A stretch of 64,000 nucleotides of DNA from an uncultured Acidobacteriota bacterium (GCA_963843575.1 CAWJKZ010000014.1:192001-256000), one strand, 5' to 3'; shown: positions 10,409 to 20,624, numbered from the stretch's first letter. Made by a program: numbers and translations. The notes: generated by a model not told the origin, from the sequence alone.

Positions 10409-11147
10409 GGAAAACAGGAGTACCGCACCGGAAGCCGGCATGATCGAGACCGTGGGCTTGTCGATGGTCTATAGGTCCGGCCGGACCGAGGTTCCCGCCC
10501 TGAGGGACGTAAACCTCACGGTGAATCCGGGTGAGTTCGTGGCAATCATGGGGCCGTCCGGTTGCGGGAAGTCGACGCTGCTGCACCTGCTCGGCGGCCT
10601 GGCTCAGCCGAGCGCCGGGAAGATCCTCATCGACCAGGTCGACATCGCGGGACTCAGCGATGCCGAGCGCACAACGATCCGGCGCAAGAAGATCGGGTAC
10701 GTCTTTCAGCGCTTCAACCTCCTCCCGACGATCTCGGCGCGGGCGAACATCGAGCTGGCCAAGCGAATCCACGGCAACGGTCATCTGAGTCCCAACGGTA
10801 GCGAGGAAATCATCGAGATGCTCGGCATCCGCGACAAGATGCCGTTTCGTCCCACGGAATTGTCCGGCGGCGAGCAGCAGCGCGTGGCGATCGCCCGCGC
10901 CGTCATCAACCACCCCTCGATCATCCTCGCGGACGAGCCCACCGGAAGCCTGGATTCCCATAACTCCCGCCTGGTGCTCAGGCTTCTGCAGGACCTGAAC
11001 GAGAGGTACGGGCAGACGATCGTCATGATAACTCATGACTCCGACGCCGCATCCATGGCCAACCGGGTGGTCGAAATGAGAGACGGCCAGATCCTCAGCA
11101 AGACGCCGCACTTCTCGTACGAGCCCGAGTTCGAGGGACTGTTCTGA
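10401..11147 (+). CDS. ABC ATPase, LolD/MacB type
   Basis: GPSGCGKST, LSGGEQQRVAIARA, ILADEPTGSLD. Confidence 0.95.
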   Translation: MSRENRSTAPEAGMIETVGLSMVYRSGRTEVPALRDVNLTVNPGEFVAIMGPSGCGKSTLLHLLGGLAQPSAGKILIDQVDIAGLSDAERTTIRRKKIGYVFQRFNLLPTISARANIELAKRIHGNGHLSPNGSEEIIEMLGIRDKMPFRPTELSGGEQQRVAIARAVINHPSIILADEPTGSLDSHNSRLVLRLLQDLNERYGQTIVMITHDSDAASMANRVVEMRDGQILSKTPHFSYEPEFEGLF

Positions 11148-11161
11148 CGGAGGGTGGTTCC

Positions 11162-11380
11162 ATGGGAAAGCCGCATGGCGTCGTCCGGCCCATTCTGATC
11201 TGGTCCTACGAACGGGGCACGCTGCAATACGACATCATCTGCGGCCTCATTCTCGCCTTCATCTTCTTTACCCCGCGCAGCTGCTACCTCAAAAAGGCCA
11301 GCGCCGCCAACAGCGGGTCGACGCCGTCCATCAGCGCCGTGCACCAGGTACCGGGCGGACAACAGAAGCCCGGAAACTAA
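11162..11380 (+). CDS. 72-aa single-TM hypothetical protein
   Basis: GGAGG RBS; WSYERGTLQYDIICGLILAFIFFTPR; fills the operon gap. Confidence 0.75.
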   Translation: MGKPHGVVRPILIWSYERGTLQYDIICGLILAFIFFTPRSCYLKKASAANSGSTPSISAVHQVPGGQQKPGN

Positions 11381-11410
11381 TCCTCTGCTGGGGCATCTTC
11401 TGCTGTGACC

Positions 11411-12106
11411 ATGAAATTCAACCGATCGCACGTCTTCGCCGTGGTGCTCGCGTCTCTCGCCCTCCTTGTCCCCGGGTATCCCCAGGCGGACGAGCTCAAC
11501 GCTGTCCTCCGGCAGATGGAGTCCACCGGCAGGACATTCCGGACATTTTCGGCGCAGTTTGCACAAAAAAAGTATACGGCGGTGCTGAAGGAGTTCGACC
11601 CTCCCGAGTCGGGGGAGTTCCTCTACTCTCGGGCGAAGGACGGTTCCGCGCTGTTGCGCCAGGAGGTCCGCAATCCCGCGCCGCGCATCCTGACCATCAA
11701 AGGCGGCATCGCTACGGTGTTCCAGCCCAGAATCAACCAGGCCCAGGTCGTCAGCCTGGGTAAGAACAAGGATAAGGCCGAGTACTTGGCCCTTGGGTTG
11801 GGGCAGTCCCCGGCGAAGCTCCAGCAGACGTTCGACATCACCTACTCAGGGACCGAGCCGGTGGGGGGGCAGCCGTGCTGGGTAATCAACCTCAAACCGA
11901 AGAGTGCTGCGGCCGCGGCCTACTTCTCGTCGATCACTCTCTGGATCAAGAAAGCCAGTGGCGTCCCGATCCAGCAAAAACTCCAGGAACCGAACGGAGA
12001 TTATCTCCTGGTGACGTTCTCCGGCGAGAAGCTGAACCGGACCGTTGCTGATGCGAAGTTCGAGCAGAAGCTGCCGTCCGGGGTAGACGTGCAGCGGATT
12101 CAGTGA
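11411..12106 (+). CDS. lolA: Outer-membrane lipoprotein carrier protein, LolA-like
   Basis: Signal peptide; FSAQFAQKKY; C-terminal LWI...P......E.NGDY....F...KLN..V....F..KLP.GV. Confidence 0.75.
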   Translation: MKFNRSHVFAVVLASLALLVPGYPQADELNAVLRQMESTGRTFRTFSAQFAQKKYTAVLKEFDPPESGEFLYSRAKDGSALLRQEVRNPAPRILTIKGGIATVFQPRINQAQVVSLGKNKDKAEYLALGLGQSPAKLQQTFDITYSGTEPVGGQPCWVINLKPKSAAAAAYFSSITLWIKKASGVPIQQKLQEPNGDYLLVTFSGEKLNRTVADAKFEQKLPSGVDVQRIQ

Positions 12107-12771
12107 GACGTTCCCGCGTTGGGCTCGAGCGGGACCCGGATTCGGGGCTCGCCCGTCTGTGCTTGGGATTCCACCTGGTGGCCGCTCCTGTCGGGTTTCG
12201 GCAGCTCCTTCCAGGTGTAGTAAATCCGGTTGATCACGGTCCAGTTGCCGAGGACGGCCAGCACCCAGAGCACGGCCTCCATGCGGTTTGACAGGGCGCC
12301 GATGATCAGGAGCACGATGCGTTCGGGGCGCTCCATAAAGCCGACTTTGCACGTGCTGATCAGGCATTCAGCCCGGGCGCGCGCATAGCTGGTCATGATG
12401 GCGCCCATGAAAACCACCCCTACCAGCACGACGTAGCCAAGCATCTGCTGGCGCGCGTACCACACCATCAACCCCTGCAGCAGGATGATATCCGAATAGC
12501 GGTCGATCACCGAATCATAGAAGGCGCCGAAACGGGTTGCGGAGCGGGTTACACGGGCTACTTCGCCATCCAGCATGTCGAACAAGCCCGCAAGGATAAC
12601 GATCAGCCCAGCGCGGAAAAAATTGCCGTGTCCGAAATTCCAGGCCGCCCATAGACTGATCAGTACGCCGGTGAACGTGAGTATGTTTGGGTTGACCCGA
12701 AAGCAGGTCAGGCCCTTCACGATCAGATCCAGAACAAACTTCCCCCCGCGGCCTATGGATTGGCTGATCAT
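12100..12771 (-). CDS. CDP-alcohol phosphatidyltransferase (PgsA/PI-synthase-like)
   Basis: PNILT; DMLDGEVAR...TRFGAFYDSVIDRYSD; SYARARAE. Confidence 0.93.
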   Translation of the reverse strand: MISQSIGRGGKFVLDLIVKGLTCFRVNPNILTFTGVLISLWAAWNFGHGNFFRAGLIVILAGLFDMLDGEVARVTRSATRFGAFYDSVIDRYSDIILLQGLMVWYARQQMLGYVVLVGVVFMGAIMTSYARARAECLISTCKVGFMERPERIVLLIIGALSNRMEAVLWVLAVLGNWTVINRIYYTWKELPKPDRSGHQVESQAQTGEPRIRVPLEPNAGTSH

Positions 12772-12777
12772 GGTGCT

Positions 12778-12806
12778 AGGCTAGACAGATAGAAATATCT
12801 TGTCAA
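12778..12806 (-). promoter_or_regulatory. Promoter with leaderless geometry
   Basis: TTGACA-17-TAGCCT-6nt-ATG(12771). Confidence 0.65.
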
Positions 12807-12808
12807 GG

Positions 12809-14032
12809 TCAAAACAGCCTAAACCGGATCGTGAGATACTTCTTCGGGTCTTGGCGTAAGTCATAGATAAATTTAGTGATCTCTGCAGTCGACTCGTTCA
12901 GGTTGTTGTACAGTCCGGGATCCTTGAGCAGTTTGCCGAGCGTACCCTGACCCTTGTCGATTTCGTTGGCGAGCGCGACGATCCGGTCGACCGCCTGCCT
13001 GCTGGATTCATACAGGGCCGGGTCACGCGAAAGTTTTCCAAGGGTACCCTCGCCGCCTTCCATCCGGTTCATTATGACTTCGGCGTTGCGCAATGTGGCG
13101 TTGGCGTGGTCGTACAGTTCGGGATCCTTTATCAGCTTTCCGAGCGTGCCGGACCCGTTTTGGATCTCCTCGGCGAGGCTGTTGAATCTCTGGAGCGAGT
13201 CGGAAAGACGGTTGTAGAGTTCGGGATCCGACACCAGCTTGCCGAAGGTCCCCTCGCCGGCGCGGACTTCCTCCACGAGCGCGGTGGTGCGGGCAAAGGT
13301 CTGGTTGGCCTGCCGGAGCGTCGTCTGCAGGAGTTCGAGGGTGTCGGTCAGCCCCGTCCCGACCCGGTCGGGGTTGATTCTCTGGGCGATATTCTTGAAT
13401 TGCTCCGAGAGAACGCCGAAATTGGCGATGACGTCGTTGGCTCCCGTCATGATTTCCCTGAATCCCGTCGTGCGCACCCCCTCGATGACATAAAACTCTC
13501 CGCGTCTGGGTGGAGGCTCGTTGTAGATGCCGGGGGAAATATTGATGAACGAGTCGCCTATGAGACCGCGAGACTCGATACTGACCTCCGAATCACGACT
13601 GATGCGGTTGATGTATTGGGTGCGGATTTCCATCTGCACCTCCACGAAGCGCAGCTCGGCCTTGAGCGAACGGAGCCTGTCCTCAAGGTCGTCGATGGCC
13701 TGGCGCGCATTGGGGACCTTGGGGTCGAGCGCCTGCAGCTGTTTCTTCGTGAGGTTGATCTGCCGGAACACCGGGTCGTTACCCGCGTACACCTCGGGGG
13801 GGACGATCGTCACCTTCCTGACTTTGCCGATCTCCATGCCCGCGAGCCAGACGGGCGCCCCCGGCTTGAGGCCGCCGACATCGGGGAGATAGGTGATGGC
13901 CTTCACACTCCGGGAAAACCAGTCGATGCCCCAGCTTTGTTGCAGAATGAGGGCCGCCATGAGCAGCAGAGCGACGGTAACCAGTATCCCCACCTTCATC
14001 TCCGCCAGACTTACTTGCTTGTTGGCCGGCAT
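12809..14032 (-). CDS. mlaD: MCE/MlaD-family protein with a repeat-containing helical tail
   Basis: N-terminal TM; GLKPGAPVWLAGMEIGKV; GLIGDSFINISPG; four GxGT(L/F)GKL repeats. Confidence 0.9.
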   Translation of the reverse strand: MPANKQVSLAEMKVGILVTVALLLMAALILQQSWGIDWFSRSVKAITYLPDVGGLKPGAPVWLAGMEIGKVRKVTIVPPEVYAGNDPVFRQINLTKKQLQALDPKVPNARQAIDDLEDRLRSLKAELRFVEVQMEIRTQYINRISRDSEVSIESRGLIGDSFINISPGIYNEPPPRRGEFYVIEGVRTTGFREIMTGANDVIANFGVLSEQFKNIAQRINPDRVGTGLTDTLELLQTTLRQANQTFARTTALVEEVRAGEGTFGKLVSDPELYNRLSDSLQRFNSLAEEIQNGSGTLGKLIKDPELYDHANATLRNAEVIMNRMEGGEGTLGKLSRDPALYESSRQAVDRIVALANEIDKGQGTLGKLLKDPGLYNNLNESTAEITKFIYDLRQDPKKYLTIRFRLF

Positions 14033-14102
14033 TTTGTCCTCCGCTCGGTCACGGTCTGCGCAGGCGCCCGGAGAGGACCGGGGTTGCTGCGACCGATCAC
14101 AA

Positions 14103-14894
14103 TCACGAAACGAATTCCTCGATGTAAGGCTCGCGGGAATTCATGAGATCCTGGTAGCTGCCGGAAAAACGGATCTCGCCCTCCTGCAGCATGATGAAAT
14201 GGACATTGAGCAGGCAAAGGCTGTCACCGCCGCGTTTCAGGCGGAGGCGTCCCGTTTCGTCGGGGGCGGCGTATTCGGTGGCGAGGATCCCCGCGGCATG
14301 CAGGTCGTGGGTCACAAACACGGTGGTGACTCCCTCGATGTCGCGCAGCTTGATGATCAGATCGATGATGGTCCGCTTGGTGATGGGATCCAGCCCGGCC
14401 GTAGGTTCGTCGTACAGCACGACCTTCGGGGTGCCGACGAGGGCGCGGGCGATCCCGACGCGTCGCTTCATGCCCCCGGACAACTCGGCCGGCATCTTGT
14501 CTATGGCGTCTTCCAGGCCCACAAAGCCGAGCAACCGCTGGACCGCCTGTTGGATTTCCTCCTCGCCGAGGCGGTTTTCCTCGTAGAGCCGGTAACCGAC
14601 GTTTTCCCGCACCGAGAGGGAGTCGAACAACGCCCCCTCCTGAAACACCATCCCGATGCCGCGCCGAACCTGGACGAGCTCCCGCTCGCTCAGCTGTGTG
14701 ATGTCCTGATCGTCGACCAGAATCTGGCCGGAATCCGGCCGTATGAGGCCCAGGATAAGCTTCAGGATCGTCGATTTTCCGGAGCCGCTGGCGCCGATTA
14801 TCACCTTGGTCTCGCCCCGCGAGATTGTCAGGCTGATGTTGTTCAGGACGATCTCGTCGTTGAATGACTTGGTTACGTTCCGGAACTCGATCAT
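14103..14894 (-). CDS. mlaF: MlaF/Mkl-type ABC ATPase
   Basis: GASGSGKST, FQEGALFDSL, LSGGMKRRVGIARAL, YDEPTAGLDP. Confidence 0.92.
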   Translation of the reverse strand: MIEFRNVTKSFNDEIVLNNISLTISRGETKVIIGASGSGKSTILKLILGLIRPDSGQILVDDQDITQLSERELVQVRRGIGMVFQEGALFDSLSVRENVGYRLYEENRLGEEEIQQAVQRLLGFVGLEDAIDKMPAELSGGMKRRVGIARALVGTPKVVLYDEPTAGLDPITKRTIIDLIIKLRDIEGVTTVFVTHDLHAAGILATEYAAPDETGRLRLKRGGDSLCLLNVHFIMLQEGEIRFSGSYQDLMNSREPYIEEFVS

Positions 14895-14897
14895 GGA

Positions 14898-15704
14898 TTA
14901 TGGGTTGATGAAGGGCGAGAGATAGATGATCAGGTTGTTCAGAAAAAAGTCCGCCGTTATGACAAGTATGGAGCTGCTCACGACGGCCTGCGTGGTGGCC
15001 CGTCCTACCCCTTCGGTGCCGCCGGTCGTGCGCAGCCCGACGTAGCATCCGGTCATCGAGATGATGAAGCCGAAAACGACCGGTTTCATCAGCGTGCCGA
15101 ACACGTCGGAAAACTGCAGCGCGTTGATAACGTCCGACCAGTACTGGCTCGAGCTGATGAGCAGCTTGTAACGCGAGATGATCCATCCCCCGCACATTCC
15201 GACAGCGTTGCAGATGATCGTCAGCAGGGGCAACATAAGGACTGTGGCGATCATGCGAGGCGTCACCAGCCGCCGGGTAGGGTCGGTGCCCAGCGCACGC
15301 ATGGCGTTGATCTGCTCCGAAACGATCATGGACCCGAGTTCCGAGGCTATGCCCGAGCCTATGCGCCCGGACATCATCAGGGCCGACAACACCGGGCCCA
15401 ACTCACGCACGAGCGTGATGGAAACCAATTGCCCCGTAATGCTCACGGCGCCATATCGACGCAGCGCGCTTTCAGACTGGATCGCCAGGACGGCCCCGGT
15501 GAAAAACCCGGTGAGCACGATGATGGTGAGGGAACCCACGCCGATGCGGTCCATCTGCATCACGACTTCGCGTCCGTAAATGGGAGGGGTAAACAGGTTT
15601 GCGATGGCCCGGCTGCCGAGAACGGTGTAGGATTGAATCTCCCAGACAGCCCGGGCAATGAAGCGGAATGGCGCATTGAGCGCCCTGCTTAACGAAGTGG
15701 CCAT
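14898..15704 (-). CDS. mlaE: MlaE permease
   Basis: RELGPVL..GRIGSGIASELGSM..EQINAM..LG.DP; GGTEGVGRATT.AVV. Confidence 0.94.
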   Translation of the reverse strand: MATSLSRALNAPFRFIARAVWEIQSYTVLGSRAIANLFTPPIYGREVVMQMDRIGVGSLTIIVLTGFFTGAVLAIQSESALRRYGAVSITGQLVSITLVRELGPVLSALMMSGRIGSGIASELGSMIVSEQINAMRALGTDPTRRLVTPRMIATVLMLPLLTIICNAVGMCGGWIISRYKLLISSSQYWSDVINALQFSDVFGTLMKPVVFGFIISMTGCYVGLRTTGGTEGVGRATTQAVVSSSILVITADFFLNNLIIYLSPFINP

Positions 15705-15830
15705 CGTCGTCAACCTTGCGGAAGTGTATTGGTGCGCGGATTGTCAAGTCAAGGACAAAGGCACAGTATTATACCGCTAAGCTTTTGAGATTTACGGACT
15801 TTCCGATTTTCCAAGGGAGTGGGTGCCCTG

Positions 15831-17004
15831 ATGCTCCGTTACTTCACCGCCGGCGAATCGCACGGGAAATGCCTGATCGGGATCCTCGAAGGACTGCCAT
15901 CGGGACTTCCGGTCGAGACCGCGTTCATCAATTCACAGTTGCACCGCCGCCAACTCGGTTATGGACGGGGCGGCCGCATGAAAATCGAGAAGGACGAGGT
16001 GGAGGTGCTAGCCGGGATCCGTCACGGACGAACCCTGGGGAGCCCGGTGGCCCTCCAGGTACGAAACAAGGACTGGTCCCACTGGGAGATCCCGATGTCC
16101 CCGGAGCCCGTCCCCGAAGGAGCCAACATACGGCCGCTGACCAGGCCACGCCCCGGTCACGTGGACCTTGCGGGAGCACTCAAGCACCAGACCTACGACG
16201 CGAGGGATGTGCTCGAGCGGGCCAGCGCCCGCGAAACGGCTGCGCGCGTGGCAACGGGGGCGCTCTGCCACATCTTTCTGCGCCGTTTCGGGATGGCGGT
16301 CGCAGCGCACGTACTGTCCATCGGGTCGATACGGGTCTCCGAAGCTCTACCGCGTGCTCGACGCGGACGAAATTCTGAAACTCGACCCCGAAGCGCCGCT
16401 GCGATGCGCGGACGCTGCCGCCATCCCCCGTATGATGGAAGAGATCGACAAGGCGCGCAGCTCCGGAGACACACTGGGCGGAGTCGTGGAGGTGGTCGCC
16501 GCCTCGGTTCCTCCCGGGCTGGGGTCTCACACCCAATGGGACCGCAAACTGGACGGCGCCCTTGCCCGTGCGCTCATGAGCATTCCGGCCGCCAAGGCCG
16601 TCGAGCTCGGCACGGGGATCGAAGCGGCCGCCGCTTTCGGTTCGCAGGTTCACGACGAGATCTTCTATGACCACGAATCCCGCGGATTCTACAGAAAGAC
16701 CAACCGTGCCGGGGGGATAGAAGCCGGAATCACAAACGGGTCCGACATCAGAGCCCGCGTATACATGAAGCCGATTCCGACCTTGCGGAAACCTCTGATG
16801 TCCGCCGACCTGCGCTCCAAAGAGGCGTTCGAGGCGGCATTCGAACGCAGCGACACCTGTGTGGTGCCCGCGGCCGGCGTTATCGCAGAGGCGATGATCG
16901 CTTTCGTGTTGGCCGGCGCATTTCTCGAGAAATTCGGCGGCGACTCCATCGGAGAGACCGAGGCGAATCACCGCAATTACTGCCAAATGCTGCGCGACTA
17001 CTGA
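15831..17004 (+). CDS. aroC: Chorismate synthase; frameshift near 16340
   Basis: [42 protein letters not shown]. Confidence 0.96.
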
Positions 17005-17043
17005 GGTCCGGACATGGAAGCGGCGGCTGCGCCGGCCTGTCAC

Positions 17044-17072
17044 TGGACAAACTGAGGTATATCCAATAGAAT
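17044..17072 (+). promoter_or_regulatory. Promoter of def, near-leaderless
   Basis: TGGACA-17-TAGAAT-8nt-ATG(17081); no SD. Confidence 0.65.
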
Positions 17073-17080
17073 CTTCACTT

Positions 17081-17590
17081 ATGCTATTGCCGATCCTCAA
17101 ATACGGGTGCATGGAGCTCAAAACCGCCAGCCATCCCGTGGATCATTTCAACGGCGAACTGGAGAAGCTCGCCAAGAACATGATCGAAACAATGTACAGC
17201 GCCCCGGGCATCGGCCTGGCGGCAAACCAGATCGGGGTCAATATCCGGCTTTCGACCATTGACCTTTCGGTGGGAGAGGACCAGAACCAGCTGATCGTGA
17301 TCTGCAACCCGGAAGTGGTGTCGGCCGAAGGTGAACAGAAAAGCGAGGAAGGGTGCCTGAGCATTCCCGATTTCAGCGACACAATCGTGCGGCCGCGCAA
17401 GATCGTGGTGCGCGGGCAGGATATCCACGGCGAGACCTTCGAAATCGGGGGGGAAGGCCTGCTGGCGCGCTGTCTGAGTCACGAGATCGATCATCTGAAC
17501 GGGCTCCTGTTCATCGATCACCTGAGCGTCCTTAAGCGGAACCTGATTCGCAACAAAATCAAGAAACTCGCCAAGGCCGGCGAATGGTGA
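17081..17590 (+). CDS. def: Peptide deformylase
   Basis: GIGLAANQ, EGCLS, HEIDHLNG. Confidence 0.98.
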   Translation: MLLPILKYGCMELKTASHPVDHFNGELEKLAKNMIETMYSAPGIGLAANQIGVNIRLSTIDLSVGEDQNQLIVICNPEVVSAEGEQKSEEGCLSIPDFSDTIVRPRKIVVRGQDIHGETFEIGGEGLLARCLSHEIDHLNGLLFIDHLSVLKRNLIRNKIKKLAKAGEW

Positions 17591-17595
17591 GCCCC

Positions 17596-18573
17596 ATGCG
17601 TGTCGTTTTCCTGGGCACGCCGGATTTCGCAGTCCCCTCCCTGCGCGCGCTGCTCGCCGGTCCGTACCAGGTCTGCGCGGTCTTTACTCAGCCGGACCGC
17701 CCCGCCGGACGCGGCCATGCGCTGCACGCGTCCCCGGTCAAGGACGTTGCGTCCAGTGCCGGCATCGATGTGCACCAGCCGGAGAAAATCCGCGACGAGC
17801 AAGTCCGGGCCCGCATCGAGTCGCTTGCGCCGGATTTCCTGGTGGTCGTTGCCTACGGGCAGATTCTCCCGGGCTGGCTTCTGCGCGTGCCGCGTTACGG
17901 GTCGGTCAACGTCCACGCGTCGCTCCTGCCTCGTTACCGCGGGGCCGCGCCCATCGCCTGGGCGATCCTGAACGGCGACACCGTCACCGGCGTGACGACC
18001 ATGCTGATGGACGAAGGGATGGACACCGGCCCGATGCTGCTGCGCAGGGAAGTCGCCGTCGAATCCACCGTCACTACGGGCGAACTAACGGCTCAGCTCG
18101 CTGCAACGGGCGCGGAACTGCTCACCGCCACCCTCGACGGCCTTGCGGCGGGCAGAATCGGCGCGATCCCGCAGGATAACTCCCTGGCGACGCTGGCACC
18201 AAGGATCAGGAAGGAAATGGGTGCGATCGACTGGCGGCAGGATGCGCGGGCCATCCACGACAGGGTCAGGGCGCTCAACCCGTGGCCGCTCGCTTTCTCC
18301 ACCTTTCGCGGCCAGAGAATGCAGATCCTGCGCACCCTCCCCGCCGCGCTCGGCGAGGCAGGGATATCCGGACGCGTTCACGCCCCCGCTACATTCGTGG
18401 GCCTGACAGATCAGGGCATGCTCGTTTCTTGCGGAGCCGGCAGCGCCCTCGAGCTCGTAGAGGTCCAGGTCGAAAGCCGCAAGCGGGTCTTCGGGCGCCA
18501 ATTTGCCGTCGGCGCCAGGCTGCGCCCCGGGGAGCGTGTCGCCACGGCAACGGCTGAGGAAAATCGCCCGTGA
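17596..18573 (+). CDS. fmt: Methionyl-tRNA formyltransferase
   Basis: FLGTPDFA, TQPDRPAGRG, NVHASLLPRYRGAAPI. Confidence 0.97.
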   Translation: MRVVFLGTPDFAVPSLRALLAGPYQVCAVFTQPDRPAGRGHALHASPVKDVASSAGIDVHQPEKIRDEQVRARIESLAPDFLVVVAYGQILPGWLLRVPRYGSVNVHASLLPRYRGAAPIAWAILNGDTVTGVTTMLMDEGMDTGPMLLRREVAVESTVTTGELTAQLAATGAELLTATLDGLAAGRIGAIPQDNSLATLAPRIRKEMGAIDWRQDARAIHDRVRALNPWPLAFSTFRGQRMQILRTLPAALGEAGISGRVHAPATFVGLTDQGMLVSCGAGSALELVEVQVESRKRVFGRQFAVGARLRPGERVATATAEENRP

Positions 18574-19853
18574 TCTCGGCTGCCCGGCGGTTCGCCTGCA
18601 ATGTCCTCGCCGAAGTGGAGCTCAGAGGCGTCTACAGCGATTTTGCGCTCAATTCGCCGGGGTTGACGCAGCTGGAAGAGCGCGACCGCCACTTGGCGAC
18701 CGAATTGGTCTACGGCGTGCTGCGCTGGCAGAGCCTGATCGATTGCCTAATCGCGCGCGTGAGTTCCCGCCCGTTGGACAGCATCGACACCGGTGTCCGT
18801 ATCGCCCTCCGGATGGCGGTCTATCAGCTCTGGCGCATGGACCGCGTTCCGGCCCACGCCGCGGTGGACGAAGCGGTCCAGCTCGCGAGGAACGCAGCAG
18901 GGAAGGGCGCATCCGGATTCGCCAACGGGATCTTGAGGCAGCTCGGCCGCACAACCCCATGGAAGCAAGGCGGCTTCGAAAAGGAATTTCCCGCCTGGAT
19001 CCGCTGTTCCGTGCCGGAATGGTTGTGGAACAGATGGGAAGCGCGCTGGGGTTACGAGCGCACCCTCACGTTTGCACTCTCCCTGAACGAGACTCCGTCG
19101 CGCGCCTGCCGGACGTTTCACGCGGACCCGCCTCCCGGTCATCCGGGGGCAACGCCCTCCCCCATCGTCCCGGGTGCGTACTTCGTGACAGCTTCGTCAC
19201 CGGTCCCGGGACCTTCCGTGCACTTCCAGGACGAGGCTTCGCAGTTGGTGCCCTTCCTCTTCGGGGATGTCCGGGGCTGGAGAATCTGGGACGCGTGCGC
19301 GGCCCCAGGCGGGAAGGCGGCTATCCTGACGGTGGCGGCAGGACCGCGGGGTTGCGTGGTGTCGAGCGAACTGCGTCAACACCGCGCCCGCCGCATGGCG
19401 CAAATGCTCACGCGCTTGACTGGCGGGCACCCGGACATCGTGGTTCTGGATGCGAGGGCGACGCCTCCCTTTTCCCGGCCGTTTGACGCCGTGCTGGCAG
19501 ACGTCCCCTGTTCCGGGCTGGGGACGTTGAGGCGCAACCCGGAAATAAGGTGGCGCTTCAATCCATTGGAATTGCCGAAGATGGCGAGGGCACAGGGGGA
19601 CATCCTGCGGTCGGTTGCCGCCGCCGTGCGCCTCGGGGGTTACCTCCTCTACTCCACATGTTCCACAGAACCAGAAGAGAACGAGCAGGTTGTCGATGCG
19701 TTTCTCGCGGCCAGCCCGGGATTCGAGTTGGCGCGGCCGGGCTCTCCGGATGGCGTCGTCGCGTGGCTCGACACCCGGGGGCTGCTGCGGACCTTCCCGT
19801 CGGAGCACCGCTGGGATGGGTTCTTTGGGGCGTTAATGTTGCGGCGCAGTTAG
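18570..19853 (+). CDS. rsmB: 16S rRNA m5C967 methyltransferase
   Basis: NusB-like N-terminus; QDEASQ, DACAAPGGK, DVPCSGLG, YSTCS. Confidence 0.93.
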   Translation: MISAARRFACNVLAEVELRGVYSDFALNSPGLTQLEERDRHLATELVYGVLRWQSLIDCLIARVSSRPLDSIDTGVRIALRMAVYQLWRMDRVPAHAAVDEAVQLARNAAGKGASGFANGILRQLGRTTPWKQGGFEKEFPAWIRCSVPEWLWNRWEARWGYERTLTFALSLNETPSRACRTFHADPPPGHPGATPSPIVPGAYFVTASSPVPGPSVHFQDEASQLVPFLFGDVRGWRIWDACAAPGGKAAILTVAAGPRGCVVSSELRQHRARRMAQMLTRLTGGHPDIVVLDARATPPFSRPFDAVLADVPCSGLGTLRRNPEIRWRFNPLELPKMARAQGDILRSVAAAVRLGGYLLYSTCSTEPEENEQVVDAFLAASPGFELARPGSPDGVVAWLDTRGLLRTFPSEHRWDGFFGALMLRRS

Positions 19854-19931
19854 ACTTACAAGCTATCCGCCTTGAATCCGTATCCTCGCTGTGCTACCCT
19901 GCATCGGTTAGGCAAAGGTGGAAAACGATCA

Positions 19932-20624
19932 TTGGGACGGACTATCGAAATCGCGCCTTCGATTCTCTCCGCTGACTTCGCCAACTTGGCCCGGGAAATC
20001 GAGAGGGTAGAGGCAGGGGGAGCGGACCTTTTGCACCTCGACATCATGGACGGGCACTTCGTCCCGAACATCACCATTGGGCCGCCCGTTGTGGCATCCA
20101 TCCGCAAGGTCACCCGCCTGCCACTGGACACGCACCTGATGGTTTCCGAACCTGCCCGGTATGTGCAGGATCTGGCCCAGGCCGGCGCAAACTGGATCTC
20201 GGCGCATGTGGAAGCAGACGCTCATCTGGCCCGCACCCTGCAGTTTATCCGGAGCTGCGGGATCCGGGCGGGTGTGGCGATAAACCCCGGTAGCCCCTTG
20301 AGTTTGCTTGAAGAGGTGCTGGATCAGGTGGATTACGTGCTGATCATGAGCGTCAACCCCGGATTCGGTGGCCAGGCATTTATTCCTTCGGCTCGGCACA
20401 AAATTCGGAAACTTCGTGAGATGATTACGTCTTATGGATGTGACGCCCGGATCGAGGTCGATGGCGGCATCGGCCTCGACAATCTGGACGACGTCCTTGG
20501 TGCCGGTGCGGACATCATCGTGGCCGGTTCCGCCATTTTCACCGCGGCGGACGGGGCGACGAATGCCACCCGCAGCATGAAAGACATTGCCGACCGGCAC
20601 GCCCGGGTTCTTGAGACTACTTGA
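19932..20624 (+). CDS. rpe: Ribulose-phosphate 3-epimerase
   Basis: IAPSILSADF, HLDIMDGHFVPN, MSVNPGFGGQ, EVDGG; putative promoter TTGAAT-17-TACCCT at 19872-19900. Confidence 0.97.
   Translation: MGRTIEIAPSILSADFANLAREIERVEAGGADLLHLDIMDGHFVPNITIGPPVVASIRKVTRLPLDTHLMVSEPARYVQDLAQAGANWISAHVEADAHLARTLQFIRSCGIRAGVAINPGSPLSLLEEVLDQVDYVLIMSVNPGFGGQAFIPSARHKIRKLREMITSYGCDARIEVDGGIGLDNLDDVLGAGADIIVAGSAIFTAADGATNATRSMKDIADRHARVLETT

Noticed and set aside
10020-10420. Local GC dip as horizontal transfer
   Set aside because: It coincides with TM-coding codons inside an intact permease.
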